Shown here piece by piece: positions 24,104 through 36,086 of a stretch of 64,000 nucleotides of DNA. The notes below the pieces were generated by a model. It was not told the origin of the DNA, ran no database searches, and worked only from the letters and a program-made list of their open reading frames with translations. The position numbers and the translations under genes are program-made. Each line of letters starts with the position of its first letter. Positions within the stretch are counted from its first letter, which is position 1. Source of the DNA: Squalus acanthias (taxonomy: Eukaryota); contig CM059432.1 of the NCBI GenBank assembly GCA_030390025.1, positions 91,018,001 to 91,082,000 of the forward strand, in the 5' to 3' direction.

Positions 24104-26632
24104 AAGGACTTAGGAATTGAGGGAACACAATGAGGTTAGCTAATGATACCGAACTGGGGATACAGATAATTGTGCTGAGGATTGTAAAAATCTGCAGGGG
24201 GGTATAGATAGGCTAGGAGGAGTGTCAGATAGTGCAGTTCAGTGTAGAAAAAATTGCAGTAGTACATTTTGAAGCTTAAAGAAACGAAAGGAATGCATTT
24301 TAAATTATAATCTTTTAAATAGAGTAGAGAGAGCTTGATTTGCAGATACCTATTAAAGCTAGATAAGACCATAATAAAATTTGTATCTGAAGGCCTAGGA
24401 TACAAAAACACAAAGGTATTGTTGAACTTGTTCAGGATCTTAGTTATTTCACAGTTGCATCATTGCGTTAAATTTTGGCCACCCCATTGTAGGAAGGATA
24501 TAAAAGAAATGGAAAAGGTGTAACAGATTCAACAGCATGTTGCCAGAGCTGAGAGATTGCAGTTATGAAGAGAGACGCAAGTTGCGAGGTCTTATTTTCA
24601 CGAGAGCGGAAGAGATTAGGCAACCCTAATATAGGTATTCAAGATTATGAAGGGTTATGGGCATATAACTAGGAATAGAATGTTTCCATTGGTTGACGAG
24701 AAAGTAACAAGAATTTAAGACAATCACAAAAAAAATTTAAGGGAAAGTTGGAAAAAAAATCTTTACACAGAGGGTGGTTAGAATGGAATTCTCTGTCACG
24801 AACTGTTACTGAAGCAGGGTCCATAAATTCCATAAATTCTCGGAAAAGGGAATAAAAAAAGAAAATACTTGAAAAAGAAAAATATTAACAGATTTTTAGG
24901 GGTGGCTGCATTTGTGAGATGAGACTGGCTGGTTCATGTGGAGAAAAACACCAGCGTAGACTTGATGGGATAAATGGCCAGTTTCTGTGTTTTAACATTC
25001 TTCTGGTTACTGCTCCTATTCAAAATGATTGTCTATATTTACTTCATGACCAAAGTATTTCATGGTATCCTTAGATCCAAAATTACTTTTCTAAGGACAG
25101 ACAACACACTGTTACAAAGTGCTTGTTCCCACTTTACAGAGGTCAAACTAGAATGACCAGGGGTAGCGGAGGGGGGATACGTTAACTCATAATCTCAAAG
25201 CAGCAAAGATTTTGGACCTGCTCCTGCAGTACATTGCACTAGGAATGTCTGACATTTTTGCATGCCTGCCTTAGTTTGGTGAGCTTTTTCATTATTGAGC
25301 AGGCTGCTAGATGGAATACCAGATTGAAAAAAGGTGTTTAATTCCTCAGTTGGATAGAACTGAAACTCAATTCAGTTGAATTACACATTCATCCTGCCAA
25401 TTATGAAGTAGCATTAATTGTAGTTAGAGAGAAGGCTGTAGTACAAGATAGCAAACAGCCTGGAAAAGGAAGATGGGAAAGAAAAAATGAAACAATTGCT
25501 CAACATTATTTACAGTAGGCTCAATGTTATTCAAAAAAAGAAAAGAATGATCGAATGGGAATTAATTTAATTAATAAAATTATACTAGAAGATAAACATA
25601 AGTTGATCTTAAGAACAAAGCAAATTTATCAAAGATAATGTTACACAGATTTTGAAAGGCATCTTTCTTAGCTGCTGTGGAATCCTTTTATAACTAGGGC
25701 CCTATTCAATTTGTAAAATTAAAATAGAAAAATCAAAGGATAATAAGTAAAGGCAGGTTTTTAGAACTTGCTGTGAAAAGAATAAAGCTTACTATGTGCA
25801 GCTTAAACAATCTGCAATTGTCAGAGTTGAAGATGGTCACCTTCTGAAAACAAATTCCAACGGTATAACATTTTTCTTTTGCAATAACAAAGAAACTCAA
25901 GTGACTCATCCTCGTGTATATTAATAATGATATTTAAAACTAATTTGCCATTCCTACTCAATCAAAAACAAAGGTGTCAATCAGTTGATATTATATAAAC
26001 AATATGGGCTAGAAATTTGACTCCGTAGCACCCGCTTTTTTCGGCGCTACTGATGCTGTTTTGTGATGAAAATAGTGTCCGTGCCATGTGCGCACACTTC
26101 TGGTGTGGGGCGTGCCAGACGTCATCTTGGTGAGGGCGGTAGAGTGGGCATTAGGAGCATGCGCCAGAAGTATGTTGAGTAGGCAAATTGTGATGTTAAT
26201 CAGCGCGCAACACTGATTTGACGCCAGCGCTGCCATTTTCGTCCTCAGCGCTGGAACTAACACTGAACATGCGCTTAGCAGCAGCACAGACCTCCCACCA
26301 GCAATATTTAAAGGGATCAGCAACCACTCTAAGGTTAGTTGCTAATTCATTTCTACTGGCTCTATGTAAGTTTGTGGAAGTGTTTGGAGCTTTCTAGAGT
26401 TGTTTAAACATGGTGAGGTGACAGGGAGTGGTGCTGCACGTGGAAAAGGCCTTGGTTCTGACTTCAAGGGTTCTGGTCAGACCACTTGCTCCCAGTCATG
26501 GGTGCTCCAGTTGTCATCCCCCTTGGCCTGCAACATGACAAGGAGATGGAGCAGAGGCTGCAAAGAAGAGAACAAGCTGCTCGCAGAGGGAGGAGGAGGA
26601 GGGGGGGAAAGGCTCTCAGCAGGAGACCTTAC

Positions 26633-29257
26633 TAGGGTTGCAAAGGGGTGGAAATTTTCCGGTAAATTTCCGGAAATTTTCCATGGGAAATTTAGCTTGG
26701 GAATTTTGCCCAAAAAAGCATATGCTAGTTTTTTTTTGTCTTTCTTTTTTTTTCACAGGTCCTCTCTTAAAATTACTAACAGAGATGGAATCTTAATTAT
26801 TAAGGAATTTCTTAATCAATATATGTTTATCTTCTTACTTGGCTTGTTTTAATAATTACAAGTTTTGTGTGTGACTGTGAACAAATGTGTCCTGATTGGT
26901 TGGATGAGTGGATGAGCGATTAGCTCCCTCTATTGGTGATGTAGTGTCGTGCGTGCACAGGTCATGCTTCCATCACATGGAGCATCAGGCAAAATTTACT
27001 CACCCTGGCCTGTTGCAATCGTGCTGATCGACCGCAGTTCGACACAGAGACGAATGCCCTTTATTTCTCTGCATAGAACAATGCCACATTTACCATCGGA
27101 TGTGTGGAAGCATTTTACCCCAGGCATTAAAGATGGAAAGACTGTGTACATGTGCAAACACTGTACAAAGCCATATGTAAAGAATGCCACAAAGATGCAG
27201 CAGCATTTATCCAAATGCAACAACTTCACTCAAAGCTCACAGCAGTCAGCCCAGAGTTCCTCTGCTTCCATTCAAGAAGATGATGGTTCACATTCAGCAT
27301 CAGGCTCCTTATCATCAGCAACTCCTGGCCCACTTGGAAGGTTCTTTGATACAATGGATAACCATAGCCAGAAGAATGCAGATGAGTGCCTTGCTCGAGC
27401 TGTGTATGCGACAGGCTCACCCCTCATGGTCACAGCCAATGTGTACTGGAAGAGATTTTTCAATGTTATTCGTCCTGCATACTGTCCTCCCACCAGACAT
27501 GCTTTGTCTACTTATTTGCTGGAGGCTGAGTATAACAGAGTCCAAGGAAAGCTCAGAGAAACAATAGAGATGGCAGACTGTGTTGCAGTTATCTCAGATG
27601 GGTGGTCAAATGTACGAGGGGAGGGCATCATAAACTACATCGTCTCCACTCCTCTCCCAGTGTTCTTCAAGAGCACAGACACGAAGGACAACAGACACAC
27701 AGGCACATACATTGCTGATGAGCTGAAAGCGGTCTTTAACGATCTTGGATCACAAAAGGTCTTTGCAGTAGTTACTGACAATGCTGCGAATATAAAGGCT
27801 GCTTGGGCTCAAGTGGAGGAGGCCTACCCTCATATTACATCTATTGGGTGCGCAGCTCATGGGCTCAACCTGCTCCTCAAGGACATCATGGGTTTGAGAA
27901 CCATGGAAACACTGTACAAGAGAACCAAGCAAGTTGTTAAGTATGTCAGGGGAAAACAGGTAGTTGCAGCAACCTACAACTCCAAGCAAACAACAAAGAA
28001 CAAGAACACCACACTGAAGCTGCCCAGCAACACTAGATGGGGTGGCATTGTCATAATGTACAACAGCCTTCTGGAGGGTAAGGAGTCGCCGCAAGAAATG
28101 GTAATATCCCAGTCTGGGGATATGGAAACCACCATCAAGAAAATACTGCTGGATGATGTGTTTTGGGAGAGAGTGGTTAGCAGCCTTAAACTACTCTCAC
28201 CAGTAGCATCTGCAATTGCTCAGATTGAAGGAGATGACGCTGTCTTGTCAGATGTTCTCAGGCTTTTTGCTGATTTAAAAGAACAAATCAGCATTGCCCT
28301 ACCCACATCCCTACTGCTCAAAGCAGAGGAGAAGGCAATTGTTCAATTCATACAGACGCGTCAAGAATTTTGTGTCAAGCCGATTCATGCTGCAGCATAC
28401 ATGCTGGACCCAAAGCATGTTGGGAGACCAATACTTTCTGGAGAACAGATCAACAGCGCTTACAATGTGATTTCTACCCTCTCACGCCACCTCAATCTGG
28501 ACGTGGGCAAAGTTCTGGGAAGTCTGGCAAAGTTCTCTACCAAGCAAGGTCTTTGGAATGGGGACGGGATATGGGAATCATGCAAGCATATCAGTGCACA
28601 TACCTGGTGGAAGGGACTTTGTGCATCTGAGGCCCTGTCACCCATTGCATCGGTGATACTCCAAATCCCACCTTCATCAGCGGCCTCTGAACGAAACTGG
28701 TCACTTTTTGGGAATACGCATACAAAGGTGCGCAACAGGTTGACTAACAAGAGAGTGGAGAAACTGGTGGCTATCCGGGCGAACCTACAACTTATTGAGC
28801 CAGATACAGAAGTGTCCACCACACAGCTAGACAGTGACACAGAGGAGGAAATGGACACGTCAGATCCAGAGTCAGGGAATCAGGAGGAGCAATGATGAGT
28901 AGAAGACTCAGAAGACTCATGAGTAGAAGACTCAAAGGGACAAAATAAGAACAAATTACAGGCTAAATAAGCTGACGCTCTTTTTATTTTATTTTAGATG
29001 GGTCTTTTTTGTGGGGGTTCAATAAAGTTCAAAATTATAACCTAAATAAAGTTTTGAAAGCCTGTTTTTATTTGTATGGAACAGTATGTCTATTTTGATG
29101 ACAAAGATAATATAAGGGTCAGAGACAAAAACCATCAGTGTGCAAAAAAACTCTAAATTCCCATAAATTCCCATAAATTCCCAAAATTCATATAAATTCC
29201 CGAAAATTCCCATGGAAAGTTTCCTCTTTTAAAAATTCCCAGAATTTTGCAACCATA
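26633..29257 (+). mobile_element. Full-length hAT DNA transposon (2625 bp)
   Basis: TIR TAGGGTTGCAAA / TTTGCAACCATA (1 mismatch); perfect 8-bp TSD GACCTTAC (26625-32, 29258-65); subterminal AAATT(T)CC repeats at both ends. Confidence 0.97.
27081..28895 (+). CDS. hAT transposase, 604 aa, uninterrupted (BED zinc finger, DUF659-type DDE core, C-terminal dimerisation domain)
   Basis: DVWKHF...CKHC...KMQQHLSKC; ISDGWS, VTDNAAN, CAAH, TRW, WW, SAASERNWS; AATAAA at 29021; no stop or frameshift. Confidence 0.93.
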   Translation: MPHLPSDVWKHFTPGIKDGKTVYMCKHCTKPYVKNATKMQQHLSKCNNFTQSSQQSAQSSSASIQEDDGSHSASGSLSSATPGPLGRFFDTMDNHSQKNADECLARAVYATGSPLMVTANVYWKRFFNVIRPAYCPPTRHALSTYLLEAEYNRVQGKLRETIEMADCVAVISDGWSNVRGEGIINYIVSTPLPVFFKSTDTKDNRHTGTYIADELKAVFNDLGSQKVFAVVTDNAANIKAAWAQVEEAYPHITSIGCAAHGLNLLLKDIMGLRTMETLYKRTKQVVKYVRGKQVVAATYNSKQTTKNKNTTLKLPSNTRWGGIVIMYNSLLEGKESPQEMVISQSGDMETTIKKILLDDVFWERVVSSLKLLSPVASAIAQIEGDDAVLSDVLRLFADLKEQISIALPTSLLLKAEEKAIVQFIQTRQEFCVKPIHAAAYMLDPKHVGRPILSGEQINSAYNVISTLSRHLNLDVGKVLGSLAKFSTKQGLWNGDGIWESCKHISAHTWWKGLCASEALSPIASVILQIPPSSAASERNWSLFGNTHTKVRNRLTNKRVEKLVAIRANLQLIEPDTEVSTTQLDSDTEEEMDTSDPESGNQEEQ

Positions 29258-29599
29258 GACCTTACCCACCTAGGATTTTCCGAGAGCAATTCTCTTACCT
29301 CAGTCTGAGCCAGGAGCAGTGTCAGAGGCATCTGTGCTTTATGAAGGAGGTGCTCACAGAACTCTGCCACCTCTTGCAACCAGACCTGCAGCCTCACACC
29401 AGGGCAAGGACAGTGCTGCCAATGGCTGTGAAGGTGACTGTGGCCCTGAATTTCCTCATGTCGGGATCCTTCCGGTCTGGAGCAGTGACATCTGTAACAT
29501 CGCCCAGTTCACCATCCACTGCTGCGTAAGAGAGGTGACAGACTCTCTTTATGTCAGGAGAGGGGACTTCATTGTCTTCTCTCTGACCAGAGAGAAGAC

Positions 29600-31251
29600 A
29601 TGGGCGGCAGCAGTCTGGGCTGGCTGGTTGACAGGCAACAGCAAGGGAACTGGCAGAGTGGCATTGGTGGGAGGATGAACGCTGTCATCCTGAGAGAGGA
29701 TTCGTGCTCCATGGAGCCACTGCCACTCCCCTGGAGCGGTGCCCAGCATTCCTAGCCATCTGTTGGAGGACAGATTCCTGGACTGCTGTGATAACCTGCA
29801 AGCCCCTTTCCACACTGGTAAATGCAGCCACAATGGCAGCAGTCTGAGCTTGCATGATAGAAGTCTGAGCTTCCACTGCAGCCCTCAGACGTTGGGTGGC
29901 TTCTGCTTGTGCTACAATGGAAGCTGAGATATCAGCCATCAGACACTGCATTATGGATGAGTTCACAAGTGCGCTAATGGTGGAAGTCCTGGGCTCCAAT
30001 CTCTTCACAAAGCCCTGTGCAAGGTTGGTGCCGGACTCCTCCATGCTCCTTGACATTGCACTCAGACTTTCTGGCAGGCCTGCCAATGCACCAAGCATTT
30101 CGTTGTGCATACCCATCAGCATTCTTCTGTAGGCCGCCCCATCGAAGTCCTCATCTGAGTCCTCTACCACAGAACTCGTGTGTGACCTCGCCCTCCAGAG
30201 AACTGGCATCAGTACTACCCTTTTCCCCTGCCCTGGCTGCAGCCCACTCGTGCCAGTGACTCACCACATGCAGATCCCGCGTCTAAGCAAGCCTCTAAAC
30301 TCCCGCATTGCCAGTATCTGAGCTGGTGGCTGCGAGAGTCAGATCAAGCGACGGTGTTTCTTCTTCATAATCACTCTCCTCTCCCTCATCTTCTTGCACC
30401 ACTGGCTGGGCAGGTTGGATTTCTTGGGTCTCTGAAATGAGAAAGGCACAAGGGTAGGCTTGTGGTGAGGGGAAGGGGGGAAAGCAAGAGGTGCATGCTT
30501 TCACAACGAGCAGCTTGTAAATCAGAGGAGATTGTGTGAAGCAGGGGGGATGTGGGATGTGAGAAGGAAGATACCGGCATCTTTTATTCTTTCAGCCCTG
30601 CTGCTGACCACGGGCTCAGCGATGTCCCTCCAAGAATGGCCAGCACCATCTCCTTCATGGAGGTCAGGTTATGCAGGCACGCCTGTCCCTCGCTGGTTAG
30701 GTCCTGCTGGCGCCGGTTGTGAACCACCTTTTCCTGCAAGAGAAAGGGAAGTGTGTCAGTGACTATGGTGCAATGTGTTTGGGTGATATGCCTGTCATGG
30801 TTGAATAGCTGGCAGTCTGTGCAAGCTATGAGTTGTGGATGTGAGGCTTGCAGCAGTGATGAGTGTGTGAGGGTGAGGTGAAGCTATGATTGTGAGGAAT
30901 GAGTCATGTTTGGTAGAGACTGTTGGTGGGTGAGTGATAGGAATGTGGTGCATTGAACAGTGTGTGAGGCTAGTGGTGCAGATACTGGGATATGGCTTTT
31001 TAAGATGAATTTATTGATATTGACCACTCGTGTGAGATCATTAAACTTCTTCCTGCACTGTGTCCAGGTCCTCGGGACTAAACTTGCTGGCATTCACCAC
31101 AGCAGCCATCTGCTCCCATTGGACTTTATACTATTGGCTGGAGGGCCTCCTGTCCCCCTGTGGAAACAGCACCTTTCTCCTCAAGTTGATCTCCTGCACC
31201 AAGGCCTCCAGTGCAATACCTAGGTGCACGCTCTCTCCCCTGTTATGACAT
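29600..31251 (-). pseudogene. Harbinger Myb/SANT-like partner gene, disabled and 3'-truncated
   Basis: MS*QGRERAPR; PRTWTQCRKKFNDLTRVV; last exon EDSDEDFDGAAYRR...AQAEATQRL homologous to 19419-20254. Confidence 0.85.
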
Positions 31252-31544
31252 AATTTTTCTTTTCAACTCCTCTCACTCTCTTCCCCAGCTGCTGCAGGCA
31301 GAATGCATGTCCCCTTTAAGAGGTGCAGACTGCCTTTAAGTAGTACAGGCTAGCTTTAATTGGTGCCAGATCTGCACGAACTCGAGCCCCCTGCTGAGCG
31401 TTCAGCCACTCAGCAGCGCGAAGTTTGCATGCTGCCTGCATTCCTTTGAATGGGTGCAGGGTGATCGCGCATCACGATTCCCGTGCCTGTTTTCGGGGGC
31501 TAACGAATTTCTAGACCTATCTGTTTTACCATTTTGCTCTCCAT

Positions 31545-31915
31545 TTCCTATCTGGAAGCCAGTAAGCCTGGGCGCAGTTCTGCAGCAGCAGTAGCCCTCT
31601 GCTACTTTGTCCTACTGGCCATTCTCACATATGAGCCTCAGCAATAAATATTAGTGCGCTATTTGTCATAGGAATATACCTGCTCATTTCATCTGCAATC
31701 AATATATGTGAACTACTAGCAGCGTTACTGGATTGCAGCCGGAAATAGAATGACTAACCATTTCTTCCCTCCATAGCCCTATGGTAGAACTGCACTACTG
31801 CCTTGGGTAAGGTCAGCTAACTCAGCACAGGGCAGGTAAAAAACCTGCAGCCTTGCTGGTCAGGTCAGTAAGCTGTAGTTCACACCAAACAGTCCATTTA
31901 CCTAATTAGCCATTG
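31545..31915 (-). mobile_element. Old degraded SINE-like repeat
   Basis: Minus-strand ctgtgctgagttagctgacc and gaggctcatatgtgagaatggcca; a related fragment lies at about 49190-49275. Confidence 0.45.
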
Positions 31916-32611
31916 GTTAGTTAAGACAATGGAGATTATTTTCGTTCAACCCGGACACTAGTCAGGTAGTCTGCACTTTGGGTGCTCTCTGCCTGGCATG
32001 ACCTGAACCTGCCTGTATTTCTGGGGTCAGATCATTTACATAGGCCAGGCATTCACCAGCCCAGGTCTGCCACCTAGCAAGGACTAGCACCTAGAAGCAG
32101 GGAAGGAAAGGCTCTGCTTCTGCAGGCCTAAGAGGCCTTTCAGCAAAGGTAATGACTGCCGGTTCTGGATCCTTCTGACTGTTGTCAAAAATGTTGTCCG
32201 ATTTTTTTTTATAACTCTACCTTCTTGCTGCCTGCCCTTCTCAGATCTTACAATCGAAGCAGGACTGGGGACAGCTTCTAAGCTCGAGTTGTCCTGAGCA
32301 CTGCTGGGAAAGAGCAACTGTCCAACAAAGTGGGAGCAAAATGAGACTGTAAAACACTGTTGCCTCATTTGCATTGGATTACCATGCTTACATCTGATGT
32401 AGGTGCAAGCACTTCACCTCAGGGAAATCCCAGGGTAATGCAAAAAGCACAAAGATCCAGCATCACAGGACTGTCCTTTTTTCCTCCACTTTGCAGAAAT
32501 GAACTGAGTGTTCCCCAGGCACAAACCAGAGGAATAGCCCCCACAATAACTTTAAATCCATTATCAGAACACCTTAGCAGCCGTACTGAGGTGAATTGTT
32601 TTATATTTTTT

Positions 32612-33385
32612 TTATTCATTCATGGGATGTGGGCGTCGCTGGCAAGGCCAGCATTTATTGCCCATCCCTAGTTGCCCTTGAGAAGGTGGTGGTGAGCTGC
32701 CTTCTTGAACCGCTGCAGTCCATGTGGTGAAGGTACTCCCACAGTGCTGTTAGGGAGGGAGTTCCAGGATTTTGACCCAGCGACGATGAAGGAACGGCGA
32801 TATACTTCCAAGTCAGGATGCTGTGTGACTTGGAGGGGAACTTGGAGGTGGTGGTGTTCCCATGCGCCTGCTGCCCTTGTCCTTCTAGGTGGTAGAGGTC
32901 GCGGGTTTGGGAGGTGCTGCCGAAGAAGCCTTGGCGAGTTGCTGCAGTGCATCTTGTAGATGGTACACACTGCAGCCACGGTACGCCGGTGGTGGAGGGA
33001 GTGAATGTTTAAGGTGGTGGATGGGGTGCCAATCAAGCGGGCTGCTTTGTCTTGGATGGTGTCGAGCTTCTTGAGTGTTGATGGAGCTGCACTCATCCAG
33101 GCAAGTGGAGAGTATTCCATCACACTCCTGACTTGTGCCTTGTAGATGGTGGAAAGGCTTTGGGGAGTCAGGAGGTGAGACACTCGCTGCAGAATACCTA
33201 GCCTCTGACCTGCTCTTGTTGCCACAGTATTTATGTGGCTGGTCCAGTTAAGTTTCTGGTCAATGGTGACCCCCAGGATGTTGATGGTGGGGGATTCGGC
33301 GATGATAATGCCGTTGAATGTCAAGGGGCGGTGGTGCCACACTCGGTCAAATGCTGCCTTGATGTCAAGGGCAGTCACTCTCAAC
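32612..33385 (-). mobile_element. CR1-Zenon-like LINE 3' end with an internal deletion
   Basis: ALDIKAAFDRVWH fused directly to PLTFNG; LGVTIDQKLNW..HI; YKAQVRSVMEY..LAW; SLHHRR; WNSLP; intact 3' tail. Confidence 0.88.
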
Positions 33386-34194
33386 ACATTAATAATGTAA
33401 ACTTCATAATACAAAGAAGTACAATCCACATTTGTGACAAAGTATGGACAATATTATAGTTCAGATAAATTTTCTTAACCTTTGATTTTTATATAATATT
33501 GGTCTTTTTTTTAAAAACAAAAGCACTTTCAGATCTGAATTCAGATCATCAGTTATAGGCTGCAATATAAAATGATCATTACAGCTCGCCCCAGTATGGA
33601 GGAACAATAGGGGTCCTTTACTCCAGTTGGAGTAAATATTCTGTATATATGCGCATATATTGCAGAGGATGTGCATCTACATTTTAAAATGCACCGCACG
33701 CATACAGTAACCTTGGTAACAAACTGTCAGCTGGAATAATACACTTGGGGGAGGGGGAGTTTTGTAAAAGGTAACAATTTAAGAATTGTGAGATTTCATA
33801 TCAAATTTTAAAACATTGGCTCTCAAAAGTCCCCCCTATTCAAGTACATTAGTTGTATAACAACAGCTGGAGGTACTTAACTCCATGTATATTGTGTAAT
33901 GTGATCTGTCTGACTCCCTCCTACGTACTATAGATCTGCTTGGCTGATGCCTCAGTTCTGTTGTGCTGGAACAAGTGTGCACCATATATTTTATACGTGG
34001 AAATCAGTACTTTCAACTGACATTATAAAGTTATTGTCACTTTGCAAGCAACTTTTCCTGCAACACCTTATTTTTGGTTGCTGGTGCAACAGTTTAAGGT
34101 TTTTACTACCATCTTCTCTTTCAAAAATCTAGCATTCATTCCATCAGCAGACCTTTATCCCCATATAGATCTAGAATATGTACCCTTTCCACCC

Positions 34195-34655
34195 ATTCCC
34201 TTTACCCATCATCCTGTGCTCATTGACGTACAGTGGCTCCTGGTCCGGCAAGGCCTCGATTTTAAAATTCTCATCCTTGTTTTCAAATCCGTCCATGGCC
34301 TCACCCCTCCCTATCTCTGTAACCTTCACCAGCCCTACAACCCTCCAAGATCTCTGTGTTTTTCCAATTCTGGCCTCTTGCGCAGCTCCGATTTTCATCG
34401 CTCCACCATTGGTGGCCGTGCCTTCAGCTGTCTAAGCCCTAAGCTTTGGAATTCCCTCAGTTAACCTCTCTGCCTCTCTACCTCTCTCTCGTCCTTTAAG
34501 ACGCTACTTAAAACCTACCTCTTTGACCAAGTCCTAATATCTCCATAATTATGTGGCTTGGTGTAAAGTTTGTTTGATAACACTCCTGTTAACGCCTTGG
34601 GATGTTTTACTATGATGAAGGCACTATACAAATGCAATTTTTTATTGTTGTTGTT
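34195..34655 (+). mobile_element. L2 LINE 3' end
   Basis: WL.VRQ.LDFKIL, GGRAFS..PKLWNSL, FKTLLKTYLF; tail gccttggga...ctatacaaatgcaa. Confidence 0.9.
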
Positions 34656-34713
34656 CCATACACTATCCATGTGTTATGAGGGATAGCGATTACTCATTGC
34701 AGTAATCTCTTTA

Positions 34714-34797
34714 ATAAAAACAGAAAATGCTGGAAACACGCAGCAGGTCAGGCAGCATTGGAGGAAAGAAAAACAGTGTTCACGTTTCAGGTTGATG
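34714..34797 (-). mobile_element. Penelope-like fragment
   Basis: aaaaacagaaaatgctggaaacacgcagcaggtcaggcagcat...cgtttcagg; matches 23525-23630. Confidence 0.55.
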
Positions 34798-35018
34798 ACT
34801 CCAGGAATTAATCTGGCCACTGCTGTGAGCAACCCAGGAGAAAAATCATGATGCTATTAAAAAAGTTGTGTATTGTTTTTCATTTTCTTTGCACACTATT
34901 GTTTATTAGTTGTAAAAAATATTGGAGATGGGGAAAAAGGCCGTTTGACTGGGCGGGGAGATGGGAGGTCATGCGATAAAAAATTCTTGAAAACATCCAA
35001 CCAGAGTTGGCAACCCTC
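34798..35018. mobile_element. Non-autonomous hAT-like element, one end only
   Basis: Ends in GAGTTGGCAACCCT (reverse complement AGGGTTGCCAAC), similar to the TAGGGTTGC terminus of the full-length hAT. Confidence 0.55.
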
Positions 35019-35360
35019 ACTTTGGTAAGCAAAGCTTCTGATTTAGGTTAAGTATCTCTCCCATATTGATTAACAGAGCTCTTATTACTGAACTGTGAAT
35101 TCAGTCTCTATTTTGATCTCTGGTATAATTGTCTCCAACAAATAATTTCAAGACTTCTGCAAACAGCTTTCGCAATGATTAACTTCCAAAAGATCTATTT
35201 TTAACTCCAGTGTAAACCAACTATTTAGGAATCTCAATAGTTGCTTTTACCAGAATAATGATTCAAGCAACTTTCGAGTTAACATAAAAGATTGTTGTAG
35301 CTTGTTTCCTGAATAAATTAAACAGTATTTCATCCATTAATCCTTCTAAAGAGAGTCCAC

Positions 35361-36086
35361 GGGGCGATCTTGACCTTTGGGCAGCCGACTGACAGAGTGC
35401 GCCAGGCGGCTGTTCATACCGGCGGCGAAGAGGCAGCTGCAAATTGGAGGCCCCGGCCTCATCTGAATTTGACAGGCGAGTTGTGGATGCCAATGCAGCT
35501 CGCTGGTCCTTGACTTCAGGAATCTCAGCTGATGCCACCAGATGCCTGCAGATAGGTCCTCGGAGGGGGGCGGAATAAGACGGCGAGATGGGGCAAGCCT
35601 GGGCCCAAAGAATTTTTGTGGAGCCAGGATAACTCCTGATCCTTCCTACTCCACAAAAAGCCAATTTAAAAAAATGTTTCTGTCCACAGGAACAGGAGTA
35701 GGTCATTCAGCCCCTAGAGCCTGTTAAGCCATTCAATTAGATCATGGCTGATCTGTACCTTAACTCCATCTACCCACCTTGGTTCCATGTCCCTTAATAC
35801 CCTTGCCTAACAAAAGTCTATCATTCTCAGGTTTCAAACTTCCCTTTGCCAATATGTTCCTTAAATTTGCAATCCGGATCCAAAATACGTCATCAGGCCC
35901 CTGATTTATATGGGAAAGAGGCCTACCACTAGTTTCAGGCACGAGCTTCAGCCACCCAGTGGTAGGCCCTTGTGAAAGTCGTAGTAAGACGATCGTTTGG
36001 GTTAACAGGGCAGTAAAGCCTCCAACAACATTTTTAGGCCCTTACTGCCCCATCACTGCTGATTTTCCCAAGTGAAAATTGGCCCC
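35361..36086. mobile_element. Degraded Harbinger-type MITE containing a CR1 3' fragment
   Basis: GGGGCGATCTT ... AAAATTGGCCCC termini, flanks CAC/TAC, GC-rich interior. Confidence 0.5.
35688..35840 (-). mobile_element. CR1 3' fragment
   Basis: aggaacaggagtaggtcattcagccc...gatcatggctgatc, as in the tails at 57828 and 62438. Confidence 0.85.

Larger units (their letters stand above)
21665..24995 (+). mobile_element. Old degraded CR1 LINE split by the Harbinger at 21917-24103
   Basis: EFFEEMT and F..AFD.VPH before the insertion; LANDTELG and HCVKFWPPH after it; GVPQ..LFTTYIKD/MD continuity across the junction. Confidence 0.75.
26498..29600 (+). pseudogene. Harbinger transposase 5' half, split by the hAT and truncated before the DDE core
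   Basis: MGAPVVIPLG...ALSRRPY | PPRIFREQFSYL...KEVLTELCHLLQPDLQP; aligns with 18217-18590, then jumps to the Myb 3' region at about 29600. Confidence 0.88.
26006..31517. mobile_element. Harbinger element with internal deletion, interrupted by a hAT transposon
   Basis: TIR GGGCTAGAAATT ... AATTTCTAGACC; perfect TSD TAT; transposase 5' part on +, Myb gene on -. Confidence 0.93.

Noticed and set aside
24821..24840. CCATAAATT duplication resembling the hAT subterminal repeat
   Set aside because: A local 9-bp tandem duplication within a degraded CR1, with no TIR
26949..27080. 44-aa N-terminal extension of the hAT ORF
   Set aside because: Starts at GTG; the BED finger begins right after ATG 27081, which follows a splice-acceptor-like tract (tttctctgcatag)
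29155..29225. AAATTCCCAT tandem repeats as a CRISPR-like array
   Set aside because: No spacers; these are hAT subterminal repeats mirrored at 26650-26710
34775..34800. Penelope hammerhead ribozyme
   Set aside because: Only the GAAAC half is present on the minus strand; the CTGATGA core is truncated, and it is also missing at 23570
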